From Octopus vulgaris (lineage: Eukaryota): DNA of 64,000 bases. The notes beneath the pieces are model-generated. The model made no database searches and had not been told where the DNA came from. It saw only the letters and a program-made list of their open reading frames with translations. Every line of letters starts with the position of its first letter. The stretch's first letter is position 1. The position numbers and the translations under genes were made by a program. Where the stretch lies: NCBI GenBank assembly GCA_951406725.2, contig OX597838.1, positions 40,424,001-40,488,000 of the forward strand, in the 5' to 3' direction. Below, one piece after another: positions 38,135 to 51,799 of the stretch.

Positions 38135-38651
38135 ATTATTATTTGAGGGAATAGAATCCAAACTTACAAGGAAAAAGAATTCAATTTAGAAATACTAAAT
38201 CAAATTCCACACAATATAATATATATATAAAATATTAGAAAAAAACCCCCACCTTTTATCAATTCAAAATGAATAATTAAATTACACCATCTAGAAAATT
38301 ACATATAATAAAAAAGTTAAACTTAAAATAACAATAAAAAGTAAAGATTAAGTAAATTACAAAAATAATTTTAAAAATAATAAAAATGTATATAATAGGT
38401 AGAAAAACAATAATATACCTATTATATACATTATTATTATTTTTGTAATTTAATTAATCTTTACTTTTTATTGTTATTTTAATTTTAACTTTTTTATTAT
38501 ATGTAATTTTCTAGATGGTGTAATTTGATTATTCATTTTAAATTGATAAGAGGTTGTCTTTTTTTCTAATATTATATATATATATATATAATGGCGGTGC
38601 CCCAGCATGGCCACAGCTCATTAGCTGAAACTGGAAAAATCAAAAATCAAA

Positions 38652-38686
<35 letters not shown>

Positions 38687-38818
38687 CTATGTTCTTATTT
38701 GCTTTCTCTTCATCGGATCTTTTGGCTATAGATTATATTGTATGGAATTTGATTTAGTATTTCTAAATTGAATTCTTTTTCCTTGTAAGTTTGGATTTTA
38801 TTCCCTCAAATAATAATA
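38135..38818. repeat. ~680-bp AT-rich palindrome with later insertions in the right arm
   Basis: TTTGAGGGAATAGAATCCAAACTTACAAGG.. mirrored at 38780-38810; centre 38401-38416; SINE tail inserted at 38591-38640. Confidence 0.88.
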
Positions 38819-38820
38819 AT

Positions 38821-38890
<70 letters not shown>

Positions 38891-39041
38891 GTTTTGCAAA
38901 ATTCTTGATGTGTATTCGTGTGTTGAAACAAATATTGTTGTATTTGGGTATGGTCCTGTTGTCAGTTTGACCAATAAAAACACACGCACTATATATTTGG
39001 TGTTCACTTGCTTCAGCTTTATTTCATATTAATTGTATTTC

Positions 39042-39086
39042 GGCCAGAGTTCTTTCATCACACTTCTGTAATCTCATCAGTAGTCC
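39042..39086 (-). ncRNA. Minimal hammerhead (family of 19063-19106)
   Basis: GGACUA-CUGAUGA-G-AUUAC(AGAAGU)GUGAU-GAAA-G(AA)C-UC|UGGCC. Confidence 0.62.
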
Positions 39087-39176
39087 TTTACTTTCTTCTT
39101 TCTTTTATGTGTCTCTCCTTCCTAATGATTTACCACTTTGTATTCCCGCTGTATATAAAGAATTATATATATGAGT

Positions 39177-39338
39177 ATGGTAAGTAGTTTGCTAACCAAC
39201 CACATGGTTCCTGGTTCAGTCCCACTGCATCGCATCTTAGGCAGTTGTCTTCTACTATAGCCTCGGGCCGACAAAAGCCTTCTGAGTGGATTTAGTAGAC
39301 AAAAACTGAAAGAAGCCCGTCGTATAAAGAAGCCCGTC

Positions 39339-39394
<56 letters not shown>

Positions 39395-39612
39395 GTGTAG
39401 GTGTGTATGTGTGTGTGTATGTGTTTGTTACCTCACCATCGCTAGACAATCTATGTTGGTGTGTTTACGTCCCCGTAAATTAGCGGTTCGGCAAAAGGGA
39501 CCGATAAAATAAGTGCTAGATTTACAAAGACTGAGCCCTGGGGTCAATCCGTTCGACTAAAAGGCGGTGCTCTAGCATGACCGCAGTCAAACGACTGAAA
39601 AAAGTAAAAGAA
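39177..39612 (+). mobile_element. SINE family A
   Basis: Head, central (GT)n and tail present. Confidence 0.88.
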
Positions 39613-39636
39613 CAAAAGCATATGTGTTGCGTATAT

Positions 39637-39694
<58 letters not shown>

Positions 39695-39869
39695 ATAAAG
39701 GTCCAAGAAAAACGATGCTCTCCATTGCAGGCCAAGGTGGCTAATACCTGAAGCAGAAACAAAATGGCATTTACTAAACTCCATAGAAATGAAGAGTTTT
39801 TTCATGCAACTTCATCTGTTTGTTTTTTATTCACCATTGAATTCATTGCAACCTTGCTGTCGCACCCTG

Positions 39870-39929
<60 letters not shown>

Positions 39930-40548
39930 CACATGTACATATATATATATATATATATATACATATATGTATATATATACCCATATAGATTTAATATATA
40001 TACCAATACACACACACACATACACATACACACACATACACACATATATATATATATAATCAAAATAAGCAACAAGATACTGCAGTACGACTGTTTCAAG
40101 TGGCTCCAATTAATTGAACAATGCAATCATTTCACCAATTTAAATGCCATACCATCTACAGCTGCACAAAAAAGGAATAGAATTTTAACAAGCAGGACTC
40201 ATTAATATAATTTTTCTCAAATATCTTAACAGACCAAGTCAGTGGAAGAATTTCATGTTGTCACTATTTTAGCTAATGATATACTACACTTCTAAGGATC
40301 GCATGAAGCCTACTGGGGTCATAGTGTTGTAAGGGATTGTAATTCATTTCTAATTCATTTATCTCTTTGTCAACTACGAAATCTAAGACCAGCGTCTGTT
40401 TTGAATAAAGGACAATCGTGAGTTGATAGCTCATGGCGAGGTATTGTCATCAATATTATCATATGTATCCGTTTTCCGAACTGATTTGTTGCTTCAACTT
40501 AAGTCTCTAATTCAACTGAATCTCAGTTATTTCTTATATATATAAATA

Positions 40549-40947
40549 CTATCAGTATCGCCCGGCGTTGCTCGGATTTGTAAGGGAAATAACTATATAA
40601 GCATTTTTAGAGAGTTATAGCCAAAAAATAGCAAAGAAATGCATTAAAAATTGAAAAAAAATTATGGTAATTTTTTTTAAATCGTTGACTCATCGTAGAC
40701 ATTTTTAGAGAGTTACTTCCCTTATATAATAGCGAAAAAAATGCATTAAAATGGGGAAAAAAATGATGGTAAATGTTTTTACAAATCGTAGACTCGTCGT
40801 AGACGCGCGCTAATACCCAGAAGGGCTCGATATGAATCACGACTATAAGATACCCGCTTTTGGTTAAACTGCACCGCAAAATGTGAGAGTAGTTAGGAAT
40901 CTAAATCGTAGGAGACAGACACACAACTTCACTTTTATATATAAAGA
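40549..40947 (-). mobile_element. Non-autonomous Helitron
   Basis: Reverse-complement match to 57163-57554; 5' TC, subterminal hairpin, CTAG mutated. Confidence 0.8.
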
Positions 40948-40959
40948 TATATATATATA

Positions 40960-42170
40960 CTCAAGCAAATTTACCCTCTACTACTAAGAGAAAATAGCAT
41001 ACAATGAGCAAAAGAGATACCAATAGAATAACTAAGGGGAACACGACAAAGACGAACCCATAAACTGAACGCAATACCATTTCTAGTAACACACAATCCA
41101 CATCACCGCAACATTTTTTAAATCATCAAAACAAATTTGCCAATCATGAAACAAAGTGAAAAATTAAAAAAAAACACAACTAATCAAACACTTACCTAAA
41201 GCAAAAGGCAACCACATAACCAGAAGAAACTATTCAAAGAGGCAAAATTCAACCTGAACGAACAGGATAAAACATTCACAATATGCAAGTATAATGATAA
41301 CAGATGTGGAACGTGTCAATACATGCATACAGGTAGATCTATTAGAACAAAAATGGACAGATTTTCGCAAATGCAGATATGAACTGCAAAAGTAGAAATT
41401 TTATCTTGTGCATTAAATGCTCGAATTGCGAGAAACTATACATTGGTGAGACAGGAAATGCATTATCGGAACGCTCACGAGTTCACAGACAACAAATCCG
41501 GTTCACTAATGTTCGCCAAATTCCATTCAACGAACATGCGGTCAGAAAATGTTTCCAATTTTTCCTTTCCACAAACTACATAGCACAAGTGAGGTTGGAA
41601 GGAAGATAAAAGAAAAACGTTTCATTAAATTGATCAAACCTGTTCTGAACGGAAATAACAATAATATAAAAATCAGTTAATGATGTGGTTTAAAACAATA
41701 TCTTTAGCAAATGAATATAAACAAATTTTAGGAGACTCCCACCGACTGAAATAAAAACGATTGAAACCAACTAATTTTGCCGATTCATAAAACCATTACA
41801 TGTAAACCGCAAGCTATTTGGTTAAAATAAAGGCGGAATCTATGCCATTAATATCATTGCGCTCGGCAATGGTCAAAACCGTATTCGAAACATTCAGCGT
41901 ATCGGAGCGTTCTAAAAGTTATAAAATGTCAATCATTTTACTACAGTTGTCAAGCACTCAAGTCTCAGTCAATGCGTTTTCAAATCTGATGATTACTGCG
42001 AACGTATGAAAGCGCTAATTGAACTTTATGAACAAAATATTTTTTTTTATGCTTAACACACTTCAACATTGTAAAAGCACTTTTTAAAAATACGATAAAA
42101 ACCTGAAAACCAGGCCATGTTGTAACTTTATTCAACTGATTTATAATTCTATATATGTTTACACAAATTC
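40960..42170 (+). mobile_element. Penelope-like element 3' remnant (RT thumb, Cys linker, GIY-YIG, pLTR), Neptune/Nematis-like
   Basis: IPFL.THNP, RCGTCQY, NCKSRNFILCIKCSNCEKLYIGETG..LSERSRVHRQQI; FIKLIKPVLN; downstream hammerhead. Confidence 0.88.
41979..42023 (+). ncRNA. Minimal hammerhead in Penelope pLTR
   Basis: AAU-CUGAUGA-U-UAC(UGCGAAC)GUA-U-GAAA-GCGC-UA|AUU; palindromic AGCGCU stem III. Confidence 0.75.
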
Positions 42171-42396
42171 ACCATTTCTTGCCAATAGAGAAAGAGCCGG
42201 TTTCTAACCTAGATTCAAGGTTCTTTCATTGGAATTTTAACATCAACAAGAGGGTATTTTTGTATGTGTGTATGTATGCATACGTGCAGATTTGTATGTT
42301 TTGTATGTATCACTGTATATATGTATATATGCATACACAGCCCAGGCATGGCCGCAGTCAAGTGAAACAAGTCAAAGATAAAAGATTATATGAATA

Positions 42397-42595
42397 AGGC
42401 GAGTTAGCAGAATTCTTAGCATACTGAGAAAAATTTCGTCCGTTTCTACGTTCTAAGTTCAATTTCTGCCGGGGTTGAATTTTCCTTTCATCCTCCCGGG
42501 ATCGATAAGTGCCAATGGAGCACTGGGGTCGAGGTAATTGATCTAACCTCTCCTTCAAAACTGCTGGCTTTATGCAAAAATTTGAAACCAATATT
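42397..42595 (+). mobile_element. SINE family C, diverged
   Basis: GGCGAGTTAGCAGAA..CCTTTCATCCTCCCGGGATCGATAAG, compare 55723. Confidence 0.7.
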
Positions 42596-43312
42596 CATAT
42601 GTGTTTGTGATTGTATGTGTATGTATGCGTGGTTGTCGACATGATGTCCGTATCAAGTTATTTATGTGTCTAGCTGACCAGCCACGGAGAAAGCTAACTA
42701 GCTCATCTTCCTCCACGCTTACATGCGTTTGTATACGGCTAAGCATTTATCTATTCACCATAGAAACAAACTTGAAAACGATGTGATTTTCAGTAGTGGC
42801 AGTTTCGAGAAACCACTTTGCAATAAATTGCTTAGGTTAACAAAACTACTGCTATAATTAATGGAACAAAAATAGGAAAGCAATGAAGAAATGAGTAAAA
42901 ACAATAGTCAGTTAGATAAGAGATGTCTACATTAGAGAATTCGTTATTGGGTGTTAATGAATTAAAAGGATGAAAGGGATGGAGATGGAAAGGAGGAAAA
43001 AATTGGTGTGGCGTTGGGGATGACGTTGATGATGATGATGATGATGACGGGGACGGCGACGACTACGACGATGTTAAAAGAATAAGAAAGATTCAGGAGT
43101 AAAAAAAAACAAGTTTTAACAAAACTTAAAACCCAAAAAATAAAGCATACACAAAAAACCGCTATAAGAGAAACAGATTATAAAGTAAACATTGTCACAC
43201 ACCAAGCCCATCATCACCATCGTTACCCACTTACCTTCACCAACATCACCAACAACAACAACGTTGATCCATAAATTTTTATGTACGAATGTGTTGATGT
43301 CAGGCATTAATT

Positions 43313-43431
43313 GTATGCATGTATGTATGTATGTATGTATGTATGTATGTGTGTGTGTATGTATGTATGTTTATATGTTTGTATGTATGTATGTATGTAT
43401 GTATGTGTGTATGTATGTATGTATGTATGTA

Positions 43432-43467
<36 letters not shown>

Positions 43468-43790
43468 TGTGTGTGTGTGTATGTATATATGTATGTATGT
43501 ATGTATCTATGCATGCATGTATGTATGTATGTATGTATGTATGTGTGTGTGTATGTATATATGTATGTATGTATGTATGCATGTATGTATGTATGCATGA
43601 ATGTATGTTTGTATGTATGTATGCATGCATGTATGTATGTATGTATGTATGTATGTGTGTATGTATGTATGTATGTATGCATGTATGTATGCATGTATGT
43701 TTTTATGTATGTATGTATGTATGTATGTATGTATGTATGTATGTATGTATGTATGTATGTATGTATGCATGTATGTATGTATGTATGCAT
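43313..43790. repeat. Degenerate (TATG)n array
   Basis: Direct reading. Confidence 0.97.
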
Positions 43791-44434
43791 ATGTTTGTGA
43801 GTAAGTTAAATGCGTTTAAACGTCAGCAGTTAGAATTTGTTCGGCTTGTTTGTAAAAATATACGTATGCGATTGTTTTATATGAGAATATATCACTTTAT
43901 TTGCATAGAAACACACTTGTAAGAACGAACGCAAGACATAATGCAACCATTCGATTCCAGGCGCGAAAGAAGAATTCCAGCTAGTTGTTCCATTCGGCAA
44001 TAAATCTGTCATTTCCTCTTGTTTCTTTAACAAGACGCATTCTGGAAAATGTTTACTACGTTCCGGTACAGTATTTATGATGCCGTATTACCGTTTGTCA
44101 TGGGCTGAGTACAGAGGTGTCTGTGTGTGTTTGTGTGTGTTGGTGAGAGAGAGAAGGAGTGAGTGAGAGTGAGTGTGTATGAGAGAGAGAGAAAGGCAGA
44201 GAGCGTGTGTGCATATGACTTTGTGCATATGCGAGTTTCTTTTATTCTATGCCAGAAAAAAAAGAAAATATTTCGTGAGTTCGATTTTAAGTTCAGGAAT
44301 TGATTTCACGATCTCATAGTCGTGGACCCAACACTCCCAACCACCACACAATGCCACACACCCTCATGCTTATATATATTTATATATTTATATATATATA
44401 TAGATATAGATATATGTATGTAGGTACGTGTGTG

Positions 44435-44533
<99 letters not shown>

Positions 44534-44567
44534 TATATATATATATATATATGTATACATATATATA

Positions 44568-44765
44568 GGCGCAGGAGTGGCTGTGTGGTAAGTAGCTTGC
44601 TAACCAACCACATGGTTCCGGGCTCAGTCCCTCTGCGTGGCATCTTGGGCAAGTGTCTTCTGCTATAGCCCCGGGCCGACCAATTCCTTGTGAGTGGATT
44701 TGGTAGACGGAAACTGAAAGAAGCCTGTCGTATATATGTTTGTATATATATATATATATATATAT

Positions 44766-44801
<36 letters not shown>

Positions 44802-45030
44802 GTTTGTTTGTTTGTATGTCTGTGTTTGTACCCCTAGCATTGCTTGGCAACCGATGCTGGTGTGTTTACGTCCCCGTCATCTAGCGGTTCGGCAAAGGCG
44901 ACCGATAGAATAAGTACTGGGCTTATAAAGAATAAGTCCCGGGGTCGATCTGCTGGACTAAAGGCGGTGCTTCAGCATGGCCGCGGTCAAATGACTGAAA
45001 CAAGTAAAAGAATAAAAGAATAAAAGAATA
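44568..45030 (+). mobile_element. SINE family A, full length
   Basis: GGCGCAGGAGTGGCTGTGTGG head, central microsatellite, (TAAAAGAA)n tail. Confidence 0.93.
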
Positions 45031-45079
45031 AATATATATTTGAAGGTTTGGAGATGATGTATGTATGTACGTGTGTGGG

Positions 45080-45120
<41 letters not shown>

Positions 45121-45153
45121 GAAGGTTTGGAGATGATGTACAGGTATTTTATA

Positions 45154-45319
45154 ATAGAAGAAATGAGATACTCAGAAATTCGGATGGTTTTATATATACA
45201 GATATTTATTTGTATATTACATGTTTATATACATCATATATGATATATGATATATGATATATGATGTATAAAAACATGTAATATACAAATAAATATCTGT
45301 AAATATAAAACCTCATTTC

Positions 45320-45325
<6 letters not shown>
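45154..45325. repeat. Fold-back inverted repeat centred on (ATATATG)n
   Basis: ACAGATATTTATTTGTATATTACATGTTT / AAACATGTAATATACAAATAAATATCTGT. Confidence 0.82.
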
Positions 45326-45394
<69 letters not shown>

Positions 45395-45909
45395 CAACCA
45401 CACACAAATGGTCGGCCATCTCACTAAAACTTTTACTTACAGACGTTTACTTTCTGAGTTCAAATCTTGCCCCGGCCGACTCACCCATTCATCCAACTGA
45501 TGTCCTTGAAAATGAGACTGAAGATGACGTGATTGGTTATATAGAGTGCGGCAAAAGACCATTCAAATTCACCGTCCTTTTTTAAATGTCACAACAGCAA
45601 ACATACATTGACTGCAGTTTAAATTATGAATTCTTTTGAAACAAAGCGACCAGATATTAGCTGTATGGAAATACCATTAACGTTTACCTAACTTCACTAG
45701 CTCCCCACAGTACACCCTATAAAATATGGGAGGGTTTTCTGTTGCAAATCGATGATGGAAAGCAGAATCGATTGACAAAATTGACAGCAATATAGTCCAT
45801 TAGTCAAATCATCTGAAGTCTCAAGCAACCAGGACCCCAGAAAAAATAAAAGAAAATGTGCAGTTAATTGGGGAATTTATGCTAAATTGTGCTTATCTTT
45901 TTAAGTTTT

Positions 45910-46440
45910 CACTCTTTACAACGTCCTTAGACCACTGAAAACGCAAGAGCTACTTGAATAAAATGGACGCCAGACAGAAGTCAATAGGTGACGATGTACA
46001 TTAGACTTAAAAGACTGGGGTTCACATTGAACAGGAAAACAAGACTGTGAAAGGGAATTCCAAAATGCAGAGGTGCGTGGGAAGAAACTGGTAGTGTAAA
46101 GTGCTTTGCAACACTTAGGAGGTTGCACAGTATACTGGTGAGAACCGGATGCAAGTCTGGTTGATCGCTGATAAGTTCTTAAAGGCGGAACCAGAGAAGA
46201 GAGCTCAGCTGAATAATGTCCATGGAAATACTTATAGTAAAGAGAAACGGAATCTACACGACGGCGATGAGGGAGTGAATCCAGTTTAGAAGATAGGTTA
46301 GGACCAATAGCATTACAAATAGGGCGTTGAATGCGGTTCCAACAGAGTTAAACAATGCGCAGGAACACTTGCCGATATGTGACAATAGTACTCAATGCAG
46401 AGGCGAATGGTGGACTTATAAAGATAAAAAATAGCCTCAA
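45910..46440 (-). pseudogene. CR1/L2-group LINE 3' end
   Basis: HRRRVDSVSLYYKYFHG...SFFPRTSAFWNSL...FKSNVHRHL. Confidence 0.82.
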
Positions 46441-47946
46441 GAGTGAGATAACTACTCTACTGTATCTAAAATGAATCGTTCGTTTTTCAATTTGGTGAAC
46501 CGGAAAATTTAGTTACCAGCAATCCTCTCGTTAAAGGGTTGCCGGATAGGAGGGAGTTTTCTATACTCCGCCACGGCCGACTATTTTCTGGCTTCAAATC
46601 CTATGCAAAGTCGTTTTCTTTCCTTTCAATTGCGCTTAATTCCATTTGATGCTAGTTTCCCCGTCATTATTTGTAGTTTTTTTTGCCAGTGTAACTACAA
46701 AGTTCGCTTCGCCGCCACATTCTCACTGGTTAGACCCCCACTGCACGGAATCTTGAGCGAATATCTGCAACCAAAGTCCTGAGTCTGATATTGAGTAAAG
46801 AACATAAATATTAGGGAGGGGAAAATGATGCGCTACCGATTCGATTTAATAAGTCGCAATACTTGATGACTAATACACAGTTTTCGGCAGTGAGTTTTCG
46901 GTAGCGAAATAAAGTAGATCCAGTCAGCGTTGAACTCAGACGCTATGTACGAACGTAAATAAATACTGCAAATATAGCGTCTAATAACTATCTCTAACAC
47001 ATGAAGAAGGTCACACATTTGTGTGTGGGGGTCGTGTAAGGGCTGGCTAAATAAATCGACTGGCAGTGTTTGGTTTCCTCGAAAGAATTATCGGCCTTCT
47101 TTGGGAACAGGAAAAGCAAAGTTGTTCTCGGTAGGAATCAAACTCAGAACGCAAGGAATCCGAATTAAGACTGAAAGGTATTTTAATCGACGCTCTAACG
47201 ATTCCGCCAATTCGCCGTTTAAGGAATCATAATTTTCATTCTGATAATTACAATGGAATCAATAACATGTTTCTCGATAGAGTATAGTTATCATAACATT
47301 CTAACATTAGAACCGATCTAATCACCAACAAAAGATCAAAGATGAACAACAGAATCACTGAAATTTAATGTACAAAGTTAGTTACCAATGGAGCACGGCA
47401 GAAGTTCTGCTGTTTACTTTCAATCACAAAATCATATTTGTATGTGCTTAATATTCGATATTGGTTTATTGACCTATGTAATTATATACTTATAGATATA
47501 GCTATATAAATACATATATACAAATACATACACACACACACACACATCACACACATGGAACAGCATTTCATACATCTGTCCGTACTTTACACTCTCGCTT
47601 GTATGTTGTGGTTCTCTATATTATAAAGGTCTTCTTCCGAACTCCTCCCACCTCATGATACAAAATATCATTAGCACAGCCAGAAGAGCAGACCACAGGA
47701 TTTAAAGCACCGAAATAATGCTGTTTTTTGTTGGTTTTTTTTTCGACTCCTTGGCCAACAAGATGTCGTTTATCATTGTTTCCATATTCCACTATGATTT
47801 TGTCAACTACACACGCACACACACACACAAACTTACACGCATACACTCACATACACAGAAACACATAAATACACACCTATATAGATTCAAATATATATGT
47901 GTGTGTGTGTATTTATGTTTACCTATACATATATATATTTATTTTT

Positions 47947-47992
<46 letters not shown>

Positions 47993-49218
47993 GTTGTACG
48001 TACACGTGTGTGCATAAGTTACACATGTGTGTGTGATGAGGCTGCTGCACAACTTCAAGCAACTAAATTCCATTGGTCGATGAAGTCATTAAACAACCAA
48101 TAGAATTTATTAATTCAAGTAATTGACCAACCTCAGGATGTGGGGGAGAGACACTAACCGCGCTACAAGATACCATTCAGTGACATCGATGCCCATAACC
48201 ACACCTTTGCACTCGACACATACCCGCCACTGGGTGGATGGTGTGTAGTATCACTCGATTTGTATTTATAGTTGAGGGTGTCGGTGGAATTCTAAAGCAA
48301 TAATTCTTACTCGTGGTTATATTTAGCGTGATATTAAATAGGTAGACGAAATTTGAAGAGAGTTGTGTCTGTAATTCTTTAGTTTGAATTCTCTAGATGT
48401 TTCGACTGTTGATATCACAAAGGATCTCAATGAATTAATCTGTAGAATGAAATTATTTTTGCTTTAATTGGATTTAAATGAATAGTTTCAATGTAGCTGT
48501 GTTCGTGAAGCTGACTGCTAAAGAAACGGATACACGAGGCGATATCGATTCCTAATTGACATCAATTCAAGTTACTGACGTCTTCATTGTTCTTACAACA
48601 GGTATGGCCATGTGATGAAAGAATTAGCGCAGATATGGGTGGATAGACATTGAACAAGACTCACCCTCGCAACACTGAAGCTCGACGTTCCTCGTTCGAT
48701 GTCTTTTTCGTGACACTCATTTTCTTGTATGGATTCGAGTTAATTCTCATCGTACACCTACCACTATTTACTTTTCTTGCTTTCTCCCTCTCTCTCTCTC
48801 TCTCCCGCTCTATCTATCTACCTGTCTGTCTGTCTTCTTAATGTCTACCAACACACACACACACATACACACACATATATATACATATATAAATATATAT
48901 ATATACATATATATTAATGCATTCATATGTGTGTGAATGTACATATATCTCCTGCTATATTTAAAATAATACATGTTTACTATAGACTTCCTGTAACACT
49001 CGCGCAACGATATACAGCAACCGGCGGGCTAGCTGAAGCATAAGTACACATATGTGCCCCAACGAATTTCTTTCCTGATAGCTTTCAGAAGCATGAATAA
49101 TTTTTAATGAAAATTTCTGCAAATACACTTAAGATGGTGTAGATATGTGGTAGATTCGGATGATATTGGAATTTGTTGTGATAATAAATTTTTGCAAATA
49201 TATATATGTGGTGAGTGT

Positions 49219-49343
<125 letters not shown>

Positions 49344-50345
49344 CCCATCACCATTAATTTCACATATAATCGTATTCTATACTCTCTGAAAGGTATTTGT
49401 CAAAATCTTCATTTAAAATACCTACTTTTCTGCAAGTTATAAGAAAACAAACCTGTCTCCTGAGCATTTTCAGAATCTTCTCTTCTCAAGCCCTTCCCCC
49501 ACCCCGAGTACATATTTTCTTCAATAAATTCAGATTTAATCAGAATCTACACCATCAGAAGTATATTTGTATAAAATCTTGTTGAAAAATATCCATTCTT
49601 GTGGAAGTCATGCAGAAGCAAATTCGATGGGGCGTAGTTGTGCATATATGCCCATTACATTGTTATATATGCCTCTTACAAGCTTGCTTCGCTTGAATTT
49701 AATTTTGTATGTAACAGTTTTTAATTAAATAACAACATGTTATATATAAACAAAAAATATACTTCTTTCATTCGGTTTGCATCGGGAGAGTAACAATAAC
49801 GGGAATCAGATGAGCTCAGTTTTTGGCGATACGTAAATATAAATACGAAGACTGTATTTATGATGATACTGTTTTTACTAAAGAATACTACATGTATCGT
49901 AGTGTGTGTGTGTGTGCGTGCGTCTGTGTGTGTGTATGCGTTTATATCAAAATTTATCGGCAGTATTTAGGTAGTAATTATTCATTGCTTTTAGCATAAC
50001 TGTATTTCGTCTTGTAGTTCTACTTCATGCTTCCCATAACGGATTGTGGAGCTTTATTCGTGTGCCATATGTATACTTACGCGCATACACAAAAGGGATA
50101 TATGGTACAATGCCATGAACCCAATGTAAAACTTGCTATCTTAAAGATAACGTGTTCGCATTAATACACCCACACACACATATACTTTATATAAACTTAT
50201 GAATATACATATAAGTATAAGCCTATATATATATCATATATACATATATATATTATATATATATTATATATATATATATTATGTATATATATTATTATAT
50301 ATATATATTATAAATATATATATGGTATACATATATTTTATATAT

Positions 50346-50404
<59 letters not shown>

Positions 50405-50407
<3 letters not shown>

Positions 50408-50612
50408 TTAATCCAGACAAGAAAACACAAAAAACACAACAACGCGAGGACGTGGAACAAATATAGTATTATTGGACGCTCAGGAAAGAAGGGAAGAAGG
50501 AGGGTTTAACGTTTCGAGCGGAGCTCTTCGTCGGAAACATAGGAGAAGGAAAGACCCAGAGAAGGGAAGGCAGAGGGAAAAAATCGCCAACGGTACACAC
50601 GAGGTCACATTT
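50405..50612 (-). mobile_element. (TA)n-embedded pLTR-like cassette with hammerhead
   Basis: Homologous to 17361-17562. Confidence 0.8.
50504..50538 (-). ncRNA. Minimal hammerhead variant (CCGACGA core)
   Basis: GUUU-CCGACGA-A-GAGC(UCC)GCUC-GAAA-CG-UU|AAAC; palindromic AACGUU. Confidence 0.68.
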
Positions 50613-50773
50613 ATGTATATATATATGTATATCATATATATATATATGTATATCATATATGTATATCATATATATACATACATATATTATATATATATTA
50701 TGTATATATATTAAATATATATATATATTATAGATATATATATGCTATACATATATTTTATATATATATGTAT

Positions 50774-50812
<39 letters not shown>

Positions 50813-50951
50813 TATATATATACATATATACATACATATATTATACATATATTATATATATATCACATATATATATATATTATATATGATATATATATTT
50901 ATTTTATATATATCATATATATATACATATTATATATATATATATTATATA

Positions 50952-51240
50952 TCTATGTATATAAAACTGAGAATGTGTGTCTGTCTGTCTGTCTGTGTGA
51001 ATCCCTAAAACTTGAGAACTACACAACCAATTTCATTCAAATTTTACACATGCCTTAGAGTCCATGGAGTGTCCTGGGCAAAACATATTTTTAACTTCTT
51101 GCCTAGAACGAGCCCACAGCAATATCAAATCTTCTCAACTATTTCATTATTACGTGTTAAAAGTGAAACAGAAACATCTCTCTATTGTAATGTCAGATAC
51201 TTTCACTTTAATACTGAAACTATTAAAATGAAAGTATTAT
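50952..51240 (+). mobile_element. Helitron-type 5' fragment
   Basis: A|TCTATGTATATAAAACTGAGAATGTGTGTCTGTCTG resembles the 57163 terminus. Confidence 0.55.
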
Positions 51241-51263
51241 ATAACAGGGATGAACCATGCATA

Positions 51264-51578
51264 GGCGCAGGAGGTGCAGGTGTGGCTGTGTGGTAACAAA
51301 CTCGGTTCCAAAACACTTGGTCCTCAGTTCAGTCCCACTGTGTGGTAACTTGGCATGTGTCTTCTGCTATAGCCTCAGACCAACCAAAGCCTTGTCAGTG
51401 GATTTTGTAGACAGAAACTGAAAAAATCAATTGTATATATATATGTATATATGTAAGTCTATGTGTGTGGCTTTGAGTTTATCCCTCATCACTGCTTCAC
51501 AACTGGTGTTCGTTTATTTACACCCCCATAACTTACTGGTTTCACAGGAAGAAGCTGATAGAATAAGTACCAGGCTTA
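51264..51578 (+). mobile_element. SINE family A, diverged
   Basis: Head and body motifs. Confidence 0.75.
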
Positions 51579-51799
51579 TCAAAATATAAAAAAACGCTAC
51601 GCAGTGTCTCATATTTTGTTTGCCCACTCAATTGTATCTATTAATTTATCTTTGTGTGTGTGTGTGTACACATACATTACATACATACATACATACATAC
51701 AAACATATATATATATATATATATATGGATTTCGTATACAGGAAATGAAACAAATCAATCGTATATATATGTGTGTATATATGTAAGTGTATGTGTTTT

